From Macrostomum lignano (Eukaryota): a stretch of DNA of 64,000 bases. The stretch is taken from NCBI GenBank assembly GCA_002269645.1, contig NIVC01001954.1, positions 1 through 64,000 on the forward strand. The letters are read 5' to 3'. Shown one piece after another: positions 12,001-27,000 of the stretch. The first letter of the stretch is position 1. Each line of letters starts with the position of its first letter. The notes beneath the pieces are model-generated. The model made no database searches, was not told the DNA's origin, and worked only from the letters and a program-made list of their open reading frames with translations. The position numbers were made by a program, and so were the translations under genes.

Positions 12001-15000
12001 AGGTCCCCCGTTTGAGTCCTTGCGCGCTCATACTCGTATTCCTCGGTGTCTGACAAAAAAGAAAGTCGAAGCTGCTAAGCACCCTGTGTGAGCGTGTGCC
12101 TGTACGTGTACATGCACAATCCGTGTGCCTGTGTACATGCACAATCCGTGTGCCTGTGTACATGCACAATCCGTGTGCCTGTGTACATGCACAATCCGTG
12201 TGCCTGTGTACATGCACAATCCGTGTGCCTGTGTACATGTACGCATCCGTGTGCCTGTGTACATGTACGCATCCGTGTGCCTGTGTACATGTACGCATCC
12301 GTGTGCCTGTGTACATGCACAATCCGTGTGCCTGTGTACATGTACGCATCCGTGTGCCTGTGTACATGTACGCATCCGTGTGCCTGTGTACATGTACGCA
12401 TCCGTGTGCCTGTGTACATGCACAATCCGTGTGCCTGTGTACATGTACGCATCCGTTTGCCTGTGTACATGCACAATCCGTGTGCCTGTGTACATGCACA
12501 ATCCGTGTGCCTGTGTACATGTACGCATCCGTGTGCCTCTGTACATGCACAATCCGTGTGCCTGTGTACATGTACGCATCCGTGTGCCTGTGTACATGTA
12601 CGCATCCGTGTGCCTGTGTACATGCACAATCCGTGTGCCTGTGTACATGTACGCATCCGTGTGCCTGTGTACATGCATAATCCGTGTGCCTGTGTACATG
12701 CACAATCCGTGTGCCTGTGTACATGTACGCATCCGTGTGCCTGTGTACATGCACAATCCGTGTGCCTGTGTACATGTACGCATCCGTGTGCCTGTGTACA
12801 TGTACGCATCCGTGTGCCTGTGTACATGCACAATCCGTGTGCCTGTGTACATGTACGCATCCGTGTGCCTCTGTACATGCACAATCCGTGTGCCTGTGTA
12901 CATGTACGCATCCGTGTGCCTGTGTACATGTACGCATCCGTGTGCCTGTGTACATGTACGCATCCGTGTGCCTGTGTACATGCACAATCCGTGTGCCTGT
13001 GTACATGTACGCATCCGTGTGCCTGTGTACATGCATAATCCGTGTGCCTGTGTACATGCACAATCCGTGTGCCTGTGTACATGTACGCATCCGTGTGCCT
13101 GTGTACATGTACGCATCCGTGTGCCTGTGTACATGCACAATCCGTGTGCCTGTGTACATAAACGTATCCATGTACGTCCTGTAACTGACTGCCTCACTAA
13201 ACCCACCCGCAGCTCATAGAGGAAAAATACGACTTCTTCCCAATGAACCGGGCTCTCTGCCTATCCGCTAAGGACGAGGACTCCACCGAATCGAAGATTG
13301 ACGAACTGTTGCAGCACGTGAAGAACCTGGTGCAGCATCAGAAAGAGGAGGTCAGATCTGGCTTACAATGTTGACAGGCAAAGCATATGACAAATTAGTA
13401 GGTTATCCTAGGTTAAGGAGTTTTAGGAGCAGTGGCACCATAGAGTGCAACATATATAAGATAAGGGGAAGGCAGTCACGTGATGAAATTTGTACACGAA
13501 GGGACGAGGCGAGCCAATCAAAAATCAGGACAGAGCATCAGCTGTGGAATTGATATGGTGCCCGGTTGAAAGTTTGTACAGTGATTAAAGAGCAGATCAG
13601 TGAAGACTAGATTGAGACCGGCATCCTCACCAACAATGGTCAAAGTGCAGATCAGTGAAGGCCAGATTGAGACCGGCATCCTCACCAACAATGGTCAAAG
13701 TGCAGATCACTGAAGGCCAGATTGAGACCGGCATCCTCACCAACAATGGTCAAAGTGCAGATCACTGAAGGCCAGATTGAGACTCGCATCCTCACCAACA
13801 ATGGTCAAAGTGCAGATCACTGAAGGCCAGATTGAGACTCGCATCCTCACCAACAATGGTCAAAGTGCAGATCAGTGAAGGCCAGATTGAGACCGGCATC
13901 CTCACCAACAATGGTCAAAGTGCAGATCAGTGAAGGCCAGATTGAGACCGGCATCCTCACCAACAATGGTCAAAGTGCAGATCAGTGAAGGCCAGATTGA
14001 GACCGGCATCCTCACCAACAATGGTCAAAGTGCAGATCAGTGAAGGCCAGATTGAGACTCGCATCCTCACCAACAATGGTCAAAGTGCAGATCACTGAAG
14101 GCCAGATTGAGACTCGCATCCTCACCAACAATGGTCAAAGTGCAGATCAGTGAAGGCCAGATTGAGACCGGCATCCTCACCAACAATGGTCAAAGTGCAG
14201 ATCAGTGAAGGCCAGATTGAGACCGGCATCCTCACCAACAATGGTCAAAGTGCAGATCAGTGAAGACTAGATTGAGACTCGCATCCTCACCAACAATGGT
14301 CAAAGTGCAGATCAGTGAAGGCCAGATTGAGACCGGCATCCTCACCAATAATGGTCAAAGTGCAGATCACTGAAGGCCAGATTGAGACTCGCATCCTCAC
14401 CAACAATGGTCAAAGTGCAGATCAGTGAAGGCCAGATTGAGACTCGCATCCTCACCAACAATGGTCAAAGTGCAGATCAGTGAAGGCCAGATTGAGACCG
14501 GCATCCTCACCAACAATGGTCAAAGTGCAGATCAGTGAAGGCCAGATTGAGACTCGCATCCTCACCAACAATGGTCAAAGTGCAGATCAGTGAAGACTAG
14601 ATTGAGACTCGCATCCTCACCAACAATGGTCAAAGTGCAGATCAGTGAAGGCCAGATTGAGACTCGCATCCTCACCAACAATGGTCAAAGTGCAGATCAG
14701 TGAAGACTAGATTGAGACTCGCATCCTCACCAACAATGGTCAAAGTGCAGATCAGTGAAGGCCAGATTGAGACTCGCATCCTCACCAACAATGGTCAAAG
14801 TGCAGATCAGTGAAGGCCAGATTGAGACTCGCATCCTCACCAACAATGGTCAAAGTGCAGATCAGTGAAGACTAGATTGAGACTCGCATCCTCACCAACA
14901 ATGGTCAAAGTGCAGATCAGTGAAGGCCAGATTGAGACTCGCATCCTCACCAACAATGGTCAAAGTGCAGATCAGTGAAGGCCAGATTGAGACTCGCATC

Positions 15001-18000
15001 CTCACCAACAATGGTCAAAGTGCAGATCAGTGAAGACTAGATTGAGACTCGCATCCTCACCAACAATGGTCAAAGTGCAGATCAGTGAAGACTAGATTGA
15101 GACTCGCATCCTCACCAACAATGGTCAAAGTGCAGATCAGTGAAGACTAGATTGAGACTCGCATCCTCACCAACAATGGTCAAAGTGCAGATCAGTGAAG
15201 GCAGATTGAGACTCGCATCCTCACCAACAATGGTCAAAGTGCAGATCAGTGAAGGCCAGATTGAGACTCGCATCCTCACCAACAATGGTCAAAGTGCAGA
15301 TCAGTGAAGGCCAGATTGAGACTCGCATCCTCACCAACAATGGTCAAAGTGCAGATCAGTGAAGGCCAGATTGAGACTCGCATCCTCACCAACAATGGTC
15401 AAAGTGCAGATCAGTGAAGGCCAGATTGAGACCGGCATCCTCACCAACAATGGTCAAAGTGCAGATCAGTGAAGACTAGATTGAGACTCGCATCCTCACC
15501 AACAATGGTCAAAGTGCAGATCAGTGAAGGCCAGATTGAGACTCGCATCCTCACCAACAATGGTCAAAGTGCAGATCAGTGAAGACTAGATTGAGACTCG
15601 CATCCTCACCAACAATGGTCAAAGTGCAGATCAGTGAAGGCCAGATTGAGACTCGCATCCTCACCAACAATGGTCAAAGTGCAGATCAGTGAAGACTAGA
15701 TTGAGACTCGCATCCTCACCAACAATGGTCAAAGTGCAGATCAGTGAAGACTAGATTGAGACTCGCATCCTCACCAACAATGGTCAAAGTGCAGATCAGT
15801 GAAGACTAGATTGAGACTCGCATCCTCACCAACAATGGTCAAAGTGCAGATCAGTGAAGGCCAGATTGAGACTCGCATCCTCACCAACAATGGTCAAAGT
15901 GCAGATCAGTGAAGACTAGATTGAGACTCGCATCCTCACCAACAATGGTCAAAGTGCAGATCAGTGAAGACTAGATTGAGACTCGCATCCTCACCAACAA
16001 TGGTCAAAGTGCAGATCAGTGAAGGCCAGATTGAGACTCGCATCCTCACCAACAATGGTCAAAGTGCAGATCAGTGAAGACTAGATTGAGACTCGCATCC
16101 TCACCAACAATGGTCAAAGTGCAGATCAGTGAAGGCCAGATTGAGACTCGCATCCTCACCAACAATGGTCAAAGTGCAGATCAGTGAAGACTAGATTGAG
16201 ACTCGCATCCTCACCAACAATGGTCAAAGTGCAGATCAGTGAAGACTAGATTGAGACTCGCATCCTCACCAACAATGGTCAAAGTGCAGATCAGTGAAGA
16301 CTAGATTGAGACTCGCATCCTCACCAACAATGGTCAAAGTGCAGATCAGTGAAGGCCAGATTGAGACTCGCATCCTCACCAACAATGGTCAAAGTGCAGA
16401 TCAGTGAAGGCCAGATTGAGACTCGCATCCTCACCAACAATGGTCAAAGTGCAGATCAGTGAAGACTAGATTGAGACTCGCATCCTCACCAACAATGGTC
16501 AAAGTGCAGATCAGTGAAGACTAGATTGAGACTCGCATCCTCACCAACAATGGTCAAAGTGCAGATCAGTGAAGGCCAGATTGAGACTCGCATCCTCACC
16601 AACAATGGTCAAAGTGCAGATCAGTGAAGGCCAGATTGAGACTCGCATCCTCACCAACAATGGTCAAAGTGCAGATCAGTGAAGACTAGATTGAGACTCG
16701 CATCCTCACCAACAATGGTCAAAGTGCAGATCAGTGAAGACTAGATTGAGACTCGCATCCTCACCAACAATGGTCAAAGTGCAGATCAGTGAAGGCCAGA
16801 TTGAGACTCGCATCCTCACCAACAATGGTCAAAGTGCAGATCAGTGAAGGCCAGATTGAGACTCGCATCCTCACCAACAATGGTCAAAGTGCAGATCAGT
16901 GAAGGCCAGATTGAGACTCGCATCCTCACCAACAATGGTCAAAGTGCAGATCAGTGAAGACTAGATTGAGACTCGCATCCTCACCAACAATGGTCAAAGT
17001 GCAGATCAGTGAAGACTAGATTGAGACTCGCATCCTCACCAACAATGGTCAAAGTGCAGATCAGTGAAGGCCAGATTGAGACTCGCATCCTCACCAACAA
17101 TGGTCAAAGTGCAGATCAGTGAAGACTAGATTGAGACTCGCATCCTCACCAACAATGGTCAAAGTGCAGATCAGTGAAGACTAGATTGAGACTCGCATCC
17201 TCACCAACAATGGTCAAAGTGCAGATCAGTGAAGACTAGATTGAGACTCGCATCCTCACCAACAATGGTCAAAGTGCAGATCAGTGAAGGCCAGATTGAG
17301 ACTCGCATCCTCACCAACAATGGTCAAAGTGCAGATCAGTGAAGACTAGATTGAGACTCGCATCCTCACCAACAATGGTCAAAGTGCAGATCAGTGAAGG
17401 CCAGATTGAGACTCGCATCCTCACCAACAATGGTCAAAGTGCAGATCAGTGAAGGCCAGATTGAGACTCGCATCCTCACCAACAATGGTCAAAGTGCAGA
17501 TCAGTGAAGGCCAGATTGAGACTCGCATCCTCACCAACAATGGTCAAAGTGCAGATCAGTGAAGACTAGATTGAGACTCGCATCCTCACCAACAATGGTC
17601 AAAGTGCAGATCAGTGAAGACTAGATTGAGACTCGCATCCTCACCAACAATGGTCAAAGTGCAGATCAGTGAAGGCCAGATTGAGACTCGCATCCTCACC
17701 AACAATGGTCAAAGTGCAGATCAGTGAAGACTAGATTGAGACTCGCATCCTCACCAACAATGGTCAAAGTGCAGATCAGTGAAGACTAGATTGAGACTCG
17801 CATCCTCACCAACAATGGTCAAAGTGCAGATCAGTGAAGGCCAGATTGAGACTCGCATCCTCACCAACAATGGTCAAAGTGCAGATCAGTGAAGACTAGA
17901 TTGAGACTCGCATCCTCACCAACAATGGTCAAAGTGCAGATCAGTGAAGGCCAGATTGAGACTCGCATCCTCACCAACAATGGTCAAAGTGCAGATCAGT

Positions 18001-21000
18001 GAAGGCCAGATTGAGACTCGCATCCTCACCAACAATGGTCAAAGTGCAGATCAGTGAAGACTAGATTGAGACTCGCATCCTCACCAACAATGGTCAAAGT
18101 GCAGATCAGTGAAGGCCAGATTGAGACTCGCATCCTCACCAACAATGGTCAAAGTGCAGATCAGTGAAGACTAGATTGAGACTCGCATCCTCACCAACAA
18201 TGGTCAAAGTGCAGATCAGTGAAGGCCAGATTGAGACTCGCATCCTCACCAACAATGGTCAAAGTGCAGATCAGTGAAGACCAGATTGAGACTCGCATCC
18301 TCACCAACAATGGTCAAAGTGCAGATCAGTGAAGACTAGATTGAGACTCGCATCCTCACCAACAATGGTCAAAGTGCAGATCAGTGAAGACTAGATTGAG
18401 ACTCGCATCCTCACCAACAATGGTCAAAGTGCAGATCAGTGAAGGCCAGATTGAGACTCGCATCCTCACCAACAATGGTCAAAGTGCAGATCAGTGAAGG
18501 CCAGATTGAGACTCGCATCCTCACCAACAATGGTCAAAGTGCAGATCAGTGAAGGCCAGATTGAGACTCGCATCCTCACCAACAATGGTCAAAGTGCAGA
18601 TCAGTGAAGGCCAGATTGAGACTCGCATCCTCACCAACAATGGTCAAAGTGCAGATCAGTGAAGGCCAGATTGAGACTCGCATCCTCACCAACAATGGTC
18701 AAAGTGCAGATCAGTGAAGACTAGATTGAGACTCGCATCCTCACCAACAATGGTCAAAGTGCAGATCAGTGAAGGCCAGATTGAGACTCGCATCCTCACC
18801 AACAATGGTCAAAGTGCAGATCAGTGAAGACCAGATTGAGACTCGCATCCTCACCAACAATGGTCAAAGTGCAGATCAGTGAAGACTAGATTGAGACTCG
18901 CATCCTCACCAACAATGGTCAAAGTGCAGATCAGTGAAGACTAGATTGAGACTCGCATCCTCACCAACAATGGTCAAAGTGCAGATCAGTGAAGGCCAGA
19001 TTGAGACTCGCATCCTCACCAACAATGGTCAAAGTGCAGATCAGTGAAGACCAGATTGAGACTCGCATCCTCACCAACAATGGTCAAAGTGCAGATCAGT
19101 GAAGACTAGATTGAGACTCGCATCCTCACCAACAATGGTCAAAGTGCAGATCAGTGAAGGCCAGATTGAGACTCGCATCCTCACCAACAATGGTCAAAGT
19201 GCAGATCAGTGAAGACTAGATTGAGACTCGCATCCTCACCAACAATGGTCAAAGTGCAGATCAGTGAAGACTAGATTGAGACTCGCATCCTCACCAACAA
19301 TGGTCAAAGTGCAGATCAGTGAAGACCAGATTGAGACTCGCATCCTCACCAACAATGGTCAAAGTGCAGATCAGTGAAGGCCAGATTGAGACTCGCATCC
19401 TCACCAACAATGGTCAAAGTGCAGATCAGTGAAGGCCAGATTGAGACTCGCATCCTCACCAACAATGGTCAAAGTGCAGATCAGTGAAGACTAGATTGAG
19501 ACTCGCATCCTCACCAACAATGGTCAAAGTGCAGATCAGTGAAGACTAGATTGAGACTCGCATCCTCACCAACAATGGTCAAAGTGCAGATCAGTGAAGG
19601 CCAGATTGAGACTCGCATCCTCACCAACAATGGTCAAAGTGCAGATCAGTGAAGGCCAGATTGAGACTCGCATCCTCACCAACAATGGTCAAAGTGCAGA
19701 TCAGTGAAGACTAGATTGAGACTCGCATCCTCACCAACAATGGTCAAAGTGCAGATCAGTGAAGACCAGATTGAGACTCGCATCCTCACCAACAATGGTC
19801 AAAGTGCAGATCAGTGAAGACCAGATTGAGACTCGCATCCTCACCAACAATGGTCAAAGTGCAGATCAGTGAAGACCAGATTGAGACTCGCATCCTCACC
19901 AACAATGGTCAAAGTGCAGATCAGTGAAGACCAGATTGAGACTCGCATCCTCACCAACAATGGTCAAAGTGCAGATCAGTGAAGACTAGATTGAGACTCG
20001 CATCCTCACCAACAATGGTCAAAGTGCAGATCAGTGAAGACCAGATTGAGACTCGCATCCTCACCAACAATGGTCAAAGTGCAGATCAGTGAAGCCAGAT
20101 TGAGACTCGCATCCTCACCAACAATGGTCAAAGTGCAGATCAGTGAAGACTAGATTGAGACTCGCATCCTCACCAACAATGGTCAAAGTGCAGATCAGTG
20201 AAGACCAGATTGAGACTCGCATCCTCACCAACAATGGTCAAAGTGCAGATCAGTGAAGACAGATTGAGACTCGCATCCTCACCAACAATGGTCAAAGTGC
20301 AGATCAGTGAAGACTAGATTGAGACTCGCATCCTCACCAACAATGGTCAAAGTGCAGATCAGTGAAGACTAGATTGAGACTCGCATCCTCACCAACAATG
20401 GTCAAAGTGCAGATCAGTGAAGAGATTGAGACTCGCATCCTCACCAACAATGGTCAAAGTGCAGATCAGTGAAGGCCAGATTGAGACTCGCATCCTCACC
20501 AACAATGGTCAAAGTGCAGATCAGTGAAGACCAGATTGAGACTCGCATCCTCACCAACAATGGTCAAAGTGCAGATCAGTGAAGACTAGATTGAGACTCG
20601 CATCCTCACCAACAATGGTCAAAGTGCAGATCAGTGAAGGCCAGATTGAGACTCGCATCCTCACCAACAATGGTCAAAGTGCAGATCAGTGAAGGCCAGA
20701 TTGAGACTCGCATCCTCACCAACAATGGTCAAAGTGCAGATCAGTGAAGACTTGAGACTCGCATCCTCACCAACAATGGTCAAAGTGCAGATCAGTGAAG
20801 ACTAGATTGAGACTCGCATCCTCACCAACAATGGTCAAAGTGCAGATCAGTGAAGGCCAGATTGAGACTCGCATCCTCACCAACAATGGTCAAAGTGCAG
20901 ATCAGTGAAGACTAGATTGAGACTCGCATCCTCACCAACAATGGTCAAAGTGCAGATCAGTGAAGACTAGATTGAGACTCGCATCCTCACCAACAATGGT

Positions 21001-24000
21001 CAAAGTGCAGATCAGTGAAGACCAGATTGAGACTCGCATCCTCACCAACAATGGTCAAAGTGCAGATCAGTGAAGACCAGATTGAGACTCGCATCCTCAC
21101 CAACAATGGTCAAAGTGCAGATCAGTGAAGACTAGATTGAGACTCGCATCCTCACCAACAATGGTCAAAGTGCAGATCAGTGAAGACCAGATTGAGACTC
21201 GCATCCTCACCAACAATGGTCAAAGTGCAGATCAGTGAAGGCCAGATTGAGACTCGCATCCTCACCAACAATGGTCAAAGTGCAGATCAGTGAAGACTAG
21301 ATTGAGACTCGCATCCTCACCAACAATGGTCAAAGTGCAGATCAGTGAAGACCAGATTGAGACTCGCATCCTCACCAACAATGGTCAAAGTGCAGATCAG
21401 TGAAGACTAGATTGAGACTCGCATCCTCACCAACAATGGTCAAAGTGCAGATCAGTGAAGACTAGATTGAGACTCGCATCCTCACCAACAATGGTCAAAG
21501 TGCAGATCAGTGAAGACCAGATTGAGACTCGCATCCTCACCAACAATGGTCAAAGTGCAGATCAGTGAAGACCAGATTGAGACTCGCATCCTCACCAACA
21601 ATGGTCAAAGTGCAGATCAGTGAAGACCAGATTGAGACTCGCATCCTCACCAACAATGGTCAAAGTGCAGATCAGTGAAGACTAGATTGAGACTCGCATC
21701 CTCACCAACAATGGTCAAAGTGCAGATCAGTGAAGACTAGATTGAGACTCGCATCCTCACCAACAATGGTCAAAGTGCAGATCAGTGAAGACCAGATTGA
21801 GACTCGCATCCTCACCAACAATGGTCAAAGTGCAGATCAGTGAAGACTAGATTGAGACTCGCATCCTCACCAACAATGGTCAAAGTGCAGATCAGTGAAG
21901 ACTAGATTGAGACTCGCATCCTCACCAACAATGGTCAAAGTGCAGATCAGTGAAGACCAGATTGAGACTCGCATCCTCACCAACAATGGTCAAAGTGCAG
22001 ATCAGTGAAGACTAGATTGAGACTCGCATCCTCACCAACAATGGTCAAAGTGCAGATCAGTGAAGACCAGATTGAGACTCGCATCCTCACCAACAATGGT
22101 CAAAGTGCAGATCAGTGAAGACCAGATTGAGACTCGCATCCTCACCAACAATGGTCAAAGTGCAGATCAGTGAAGACTAGATTGAGACTCGCATCCTCAC
22201 CAACAATGGTCAAAGTGCAGATCAGTGAAGACTAGATTGAGACTCGCATCCTCACCAACAATGGTCAAAGTGCAGATCAGTGAAGACTAGATTGAGACTC
22301 GCATCCTCACCAACAATGGTCAAAGTGCAGATCAGTGAAGACCAGATTGAGACTCGCATCCTCACCAACAATGGTCAAAGTGCAGATCAGTGAAGACCAG
22401 ATTGAGACTCGCATCCTCACCAACAATGGTCAAAGTGCAGATCAGTGAAGACTAGATTGAGACTCGCATCCTCACCAACAATGGTCAAAGTGCAGATCAG
22501 TGAAGACTAGATTGAGACTCGCATCCTCACCAACAATGGTCAAAGTGCAGATCAGTGAAGACCAGATTGAGACTCGCATCCTCACCAACAATGGTCAAAG
22601 TGCAGATCAGTGAAGACCAGATTGAGACTCGCATCCTCACCAACAATGGTCAAAGTGCAGATCAGTGAAGACTAGATTGAGACTCGCATCCTCACCAACA
22701 ATGGTCAAAGTGCAGATCAGTGAAGACCAGATTGAGACTCGCATCCTCACCAACAATGGTCAAAGTGCAGATCAGTGAAGACTAGATTGAGACTCGCATC
22801 CTCACCAACAATGGTCAAAGTGCAGATCAGTGAAGACTAGATTGAGACTCGCATCCTCACCAACAATGGTCAAAGTGCAGATCAGTGAAGACCAGATTGA
22901 GACTCGCATCCTCACCAACAATGGTCAAAGTGCAGATCAGTGAAGACTAGATTGAGACTCGCATCCTCACCAACAATGGTCAAAGTGCAGATCAGTGAAG
23001 GATTGAGACTCGCATCCTCACCAACAATGGTCAAAGTGCAGATCAGTGAAGACTAGATTGAGACTCGCATCCTCACCAACAATGGTCAAAGTGCAGATCA
23101 GTGAAGACTAGATTGAGACTCGCATCCTCACCAACAATGGTCAAAGTGCAGATCAGTGAAGACTAGATTGAGACTCGCATCCTCACCAACAATGGTCAAA
23201 GTGCAGATCAGTGAAGGCTAGATTGAGACTCGCATCCTCACCAACAATGGTCAAAGTGCAGATCAGTGAAGACTAGATTGAGACTCGCATCCTCACCAAC
23301 AATGGTCAAAGTGCAGATCAGTGAAGACCAGATTGAGACTCGCATCCTCACCAACAATGGTCAAAGTGCAGATCAGTGAAGACTAGATTGAGACTCGCAT
23401 CCTCACCAACAATGGTCAAAGTGCAGATCAGTGAAGACCAGATTGAGACTCGCATCCTCACCAACAATGGTCAAAGTGCAGATCAGTGAAGACCAGATTG
23501 AGACTCGCATCCTCACCAACAATGGTCAAAGTGCAGATCAGTGAAGACTAGATTGAGACTCGCATCCTCACCAACAATGGTCAAAGTGCAGATCAGTGAA
23601 GATTGAGACTCGCATCCTCACCAACAATGGTCAAAGTGCAGATCAGTGAAGACTAGATTGAGACTCGCATCCTCACCAACAATGGTCAAAGTGCAGATCA
23701 GTGAAGACTAGATTGAGACTCGCATCCTCACCAACAATGGTCAAAGTGCAGATCAGTGAAGACTAGATTGAGACTCGCATCCTCACCAACAATGGTCAAA
23801 GTGCAGATCAGTGAAGACTAGATTGAGACTCGCATCCTCACCAACAATGGTCAAAGTGCAGATCAGTGAAGACTAGATTGAGACTCGCATCCTCACCAAC
23901 AATGGTCAAAGTGCAGATCAGTGAAGACCAGATTGAGACTCGCATCCTCACCAACAATGGTCAAAGTGCAGATCAGTGAAGACTAGATTGAGACTCGCAT

Positions 24001-27000
24001 CCTCACCAACAATGGTCAAAGTGCAGATCAGTGAAGACTAGATTGAGACTCGCATCCTCACCAACAATGGTCAAAGTGCAGATCAGTGAAGACAGATTGA
24101 GACTCGCATCCTCACCAACAATGGTCAAAGTGCAGATCAGTGAAGACCAGATTGAGACTCGCATCCTCACCAACAATGGTCAAAGTGCAGATCAGTGAAG
24201 ACTAGATTGAGACTCGCATCCTCACCAACAATGGTCAAAGTGCAGATCAGTGAAGACTAGATTGAGACTCGCATCCTCACCAACAATGGTCAAAGTGCAG
24301 ATCAGTGAAGACTAGATTGAGACTCGCATCCTCACCAACAATGGTCAAAGTGCAGATCAGTGAAGACTAGATTGAGACTCGCATCCTCACCAACAATGGT
24401 CAAAGTGCAGATCAGTGAAGACTAGATTGAGACTCGCATCCTCACCAACAATGGTCAAAGTGCAGATCAGTGAAGACTAGATTGAGACTCGCATCCTCAC
24501 CAACAATGGTCAAAGTGCAGATCAGTGAAGACTAGATTGAGACTCGCATCCTCACCAACAATGGTCAAAGTGCAGATCAGTGAAGACTAGATTGAGACTC
24601 GCATCCTCACCAACAATGGTCAAAGTGCAGATCAGTGAAGACTAGATTGAGACTCGCATCCTCACCAACAATGGTCAAAGTGCAGATCAGTGAAGACTAG
24701 ATTGAGACTCGCATCCTCACCAACAATGGTCAAAGTGCAGATCAGTGAAGACTAGATTGAGACTCGCATCCTCACCAACAATGGTCAAAGTGCAGATCAG
24801 TGAAGACTAGATTGAGACTCGCATCCTCACCAACAATGGTCAAAGTGCAGATCAGTGAAGACTAGATTGAGACTCGCATCCTCACCAACAATGGTCAAAG
24901 TGCAGATCAGTGAAGACTAGATTGAGACTCGCATCCTCACCAACAATGGTCAAAGTGCAGATCAGTGAAGACTAGATTGAGACTCGCATCCTCACCAACA
25001 ATGGTCAAAGTGCAGATCAGTGAAGACTAGATTGAGACTCGCATCCTCACCAACAATGGTCAAAGTGCAGATCAGTGAAGACTAGATTGAGACTCGCATC
25101 CTCACCAACAATGGTCAAAGTGCAGATCAGTGAAGACTAGATTGAGACTCGCATCCTCACCAACAATGGTCAAAGTGCAGATCAGTGAAGACTAGATTGA
25201 GACTCGCATCCTCACCAACAATGGTCAAAGTGCAGATCAGTGAAGACCAGATTGAGACTCGCATCCTCACCAACAATGGTCAAAGTGCAGATCAGTGAAG
25301 ACTAGATTGAGACTCGCATCCTCACCAACAATGGTCAAAGTGCAGATCAGTGAAGACTAGATTGAGACTCGCATCCTCACCAACAATGGTCAAAGTGCAG
25401 ATCAGTGAAGACTAGATTGAGACTCGCATCCTCACCAACAATGGTCAAAGTGCAGATCAGTGAAGACTAGATTGAGACTCGCATCCTCACCAACAATGGT
25501 CAAAGTGCAGATCAGTGAAGACTAGATTGAGACTCGCATCCTCACCAACAATGGTCAAAGTGCAGATCAGTGAAGACTAGATTGAGACTCGCATCCTCAC
25601 CAACAATGGTCAAAGTGCAGATCAGTGAAGACTAGATTGAGACTCGCATCCTCACCAACAATGGTCAAAGTGCAGATCAGTGAAGACTAGATTGAGACTC
25701 GCATCCTCACCAACAATGGTCAAAGTGCAGATCAGTGAAGACTAGATTGAGACTCGCATCCTCACCAACAATGGTCAAAGTGCAGATCAGTGAAGACTAG
25801 ATTGAGACTCGCATCCTCACCAACAATGGTCAAAGTGCAGATCAGTGAAGACTAGATTGAGACTCGCATCCTCACCAACAATGGTCAAAGTGCAGATCAG
25901 TGAAGACTAGATTGAGACTCGCATCCTCACCAACAATGGTCAAAGTGCAGATCAGTGAAGACTAGATTGAGACTCGCATCCTCACCAACAATGGTCAAAG
26001 TGCAGATCAGTGAAGACTAGATTGAGACTCGCATCCTCACCAACAATGGTCAAAGTGCAGATCAGTGAAGACTAGATTGAGACTCGCATCCTCACCAACA
26101 ATGGTCAAAGTGCAGATCAGTGAAGACTAGATTGAGACTCGCATCCTCACCAACAATGGTCAAAGTGCAGATCAGTGAAGACTAGATTGAGACTCGCATC
26201 CTCACCAACAATGGTCAAAGTGCAGATCAGTGAAGACTAGATTGAGACTCGCATCCTCACCAACAATGGTCAAAGTGCAGATCAGTGAAGACTAGATTGA
26301 GACTCGCATCCTCACCAACAATGGTCAAAGTGCAGATCAGTGAAGACTAGATTGAGACTCGCATCCTCACCAACAATGGTCAAAGTGCAGATCAGTGAAG
26401 ACTAGATTGAGACTCGCATCCTCACCAACAATGGTCAAAGTGCAGATCAGTGAAGACTAGATTGAGACTCGCATCCTCACCAACAATGGTCAAAGTGCAG
26501 ATCAGTGAAGACTAGATTGAGACTCGCATCCTCACCAACAATGGTCAAAGTGCAGATCAGTGAAGACTAGATTGAGACTCGCATCCTCACCAACAATGGT
26601 CAAAGTGCAGATCAGTGAAGACTAGATTGAGACTCGCATCCTCACCAACAATGGTCAAAGTGCAGATCAGTGAAGACTAGATTGAGACTCGCATCCTCAC
26701 CAACAATGGTCAAAGTGCAGATCAGTGAAGACTAGATTGAGACTCGCATCCTCACCAACAATGGTCAAAGTGCAGATCAGTGAAGACTAGATTGAGACTC
26801 GCATCCTCACCAACAATGGTCAAAGTGCAGATCAGTGAAGACTAGATTGAGACTCGCATCCTCACCAACAATGGTCAAAGTGCAGATCAGTGAAGACTAG
26901 ATTGAGACTCGCATCCTCACCAACAATGGTCAAAGTGCAGATCAGTGAAGACTAGATTGAGACTCGCATCCTCACCAACAATGGTCAAAGTGCAGATCAG

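Noticed and set aside
9625-13219. Long repetitive ORFs (LLSPL, GVGEGA, PSPTP, HVHRHT)
   Set aside because: Open in several frames on both strands because of 20/24/26-bp minisatellites lying in introns defined by flanking channel exons.
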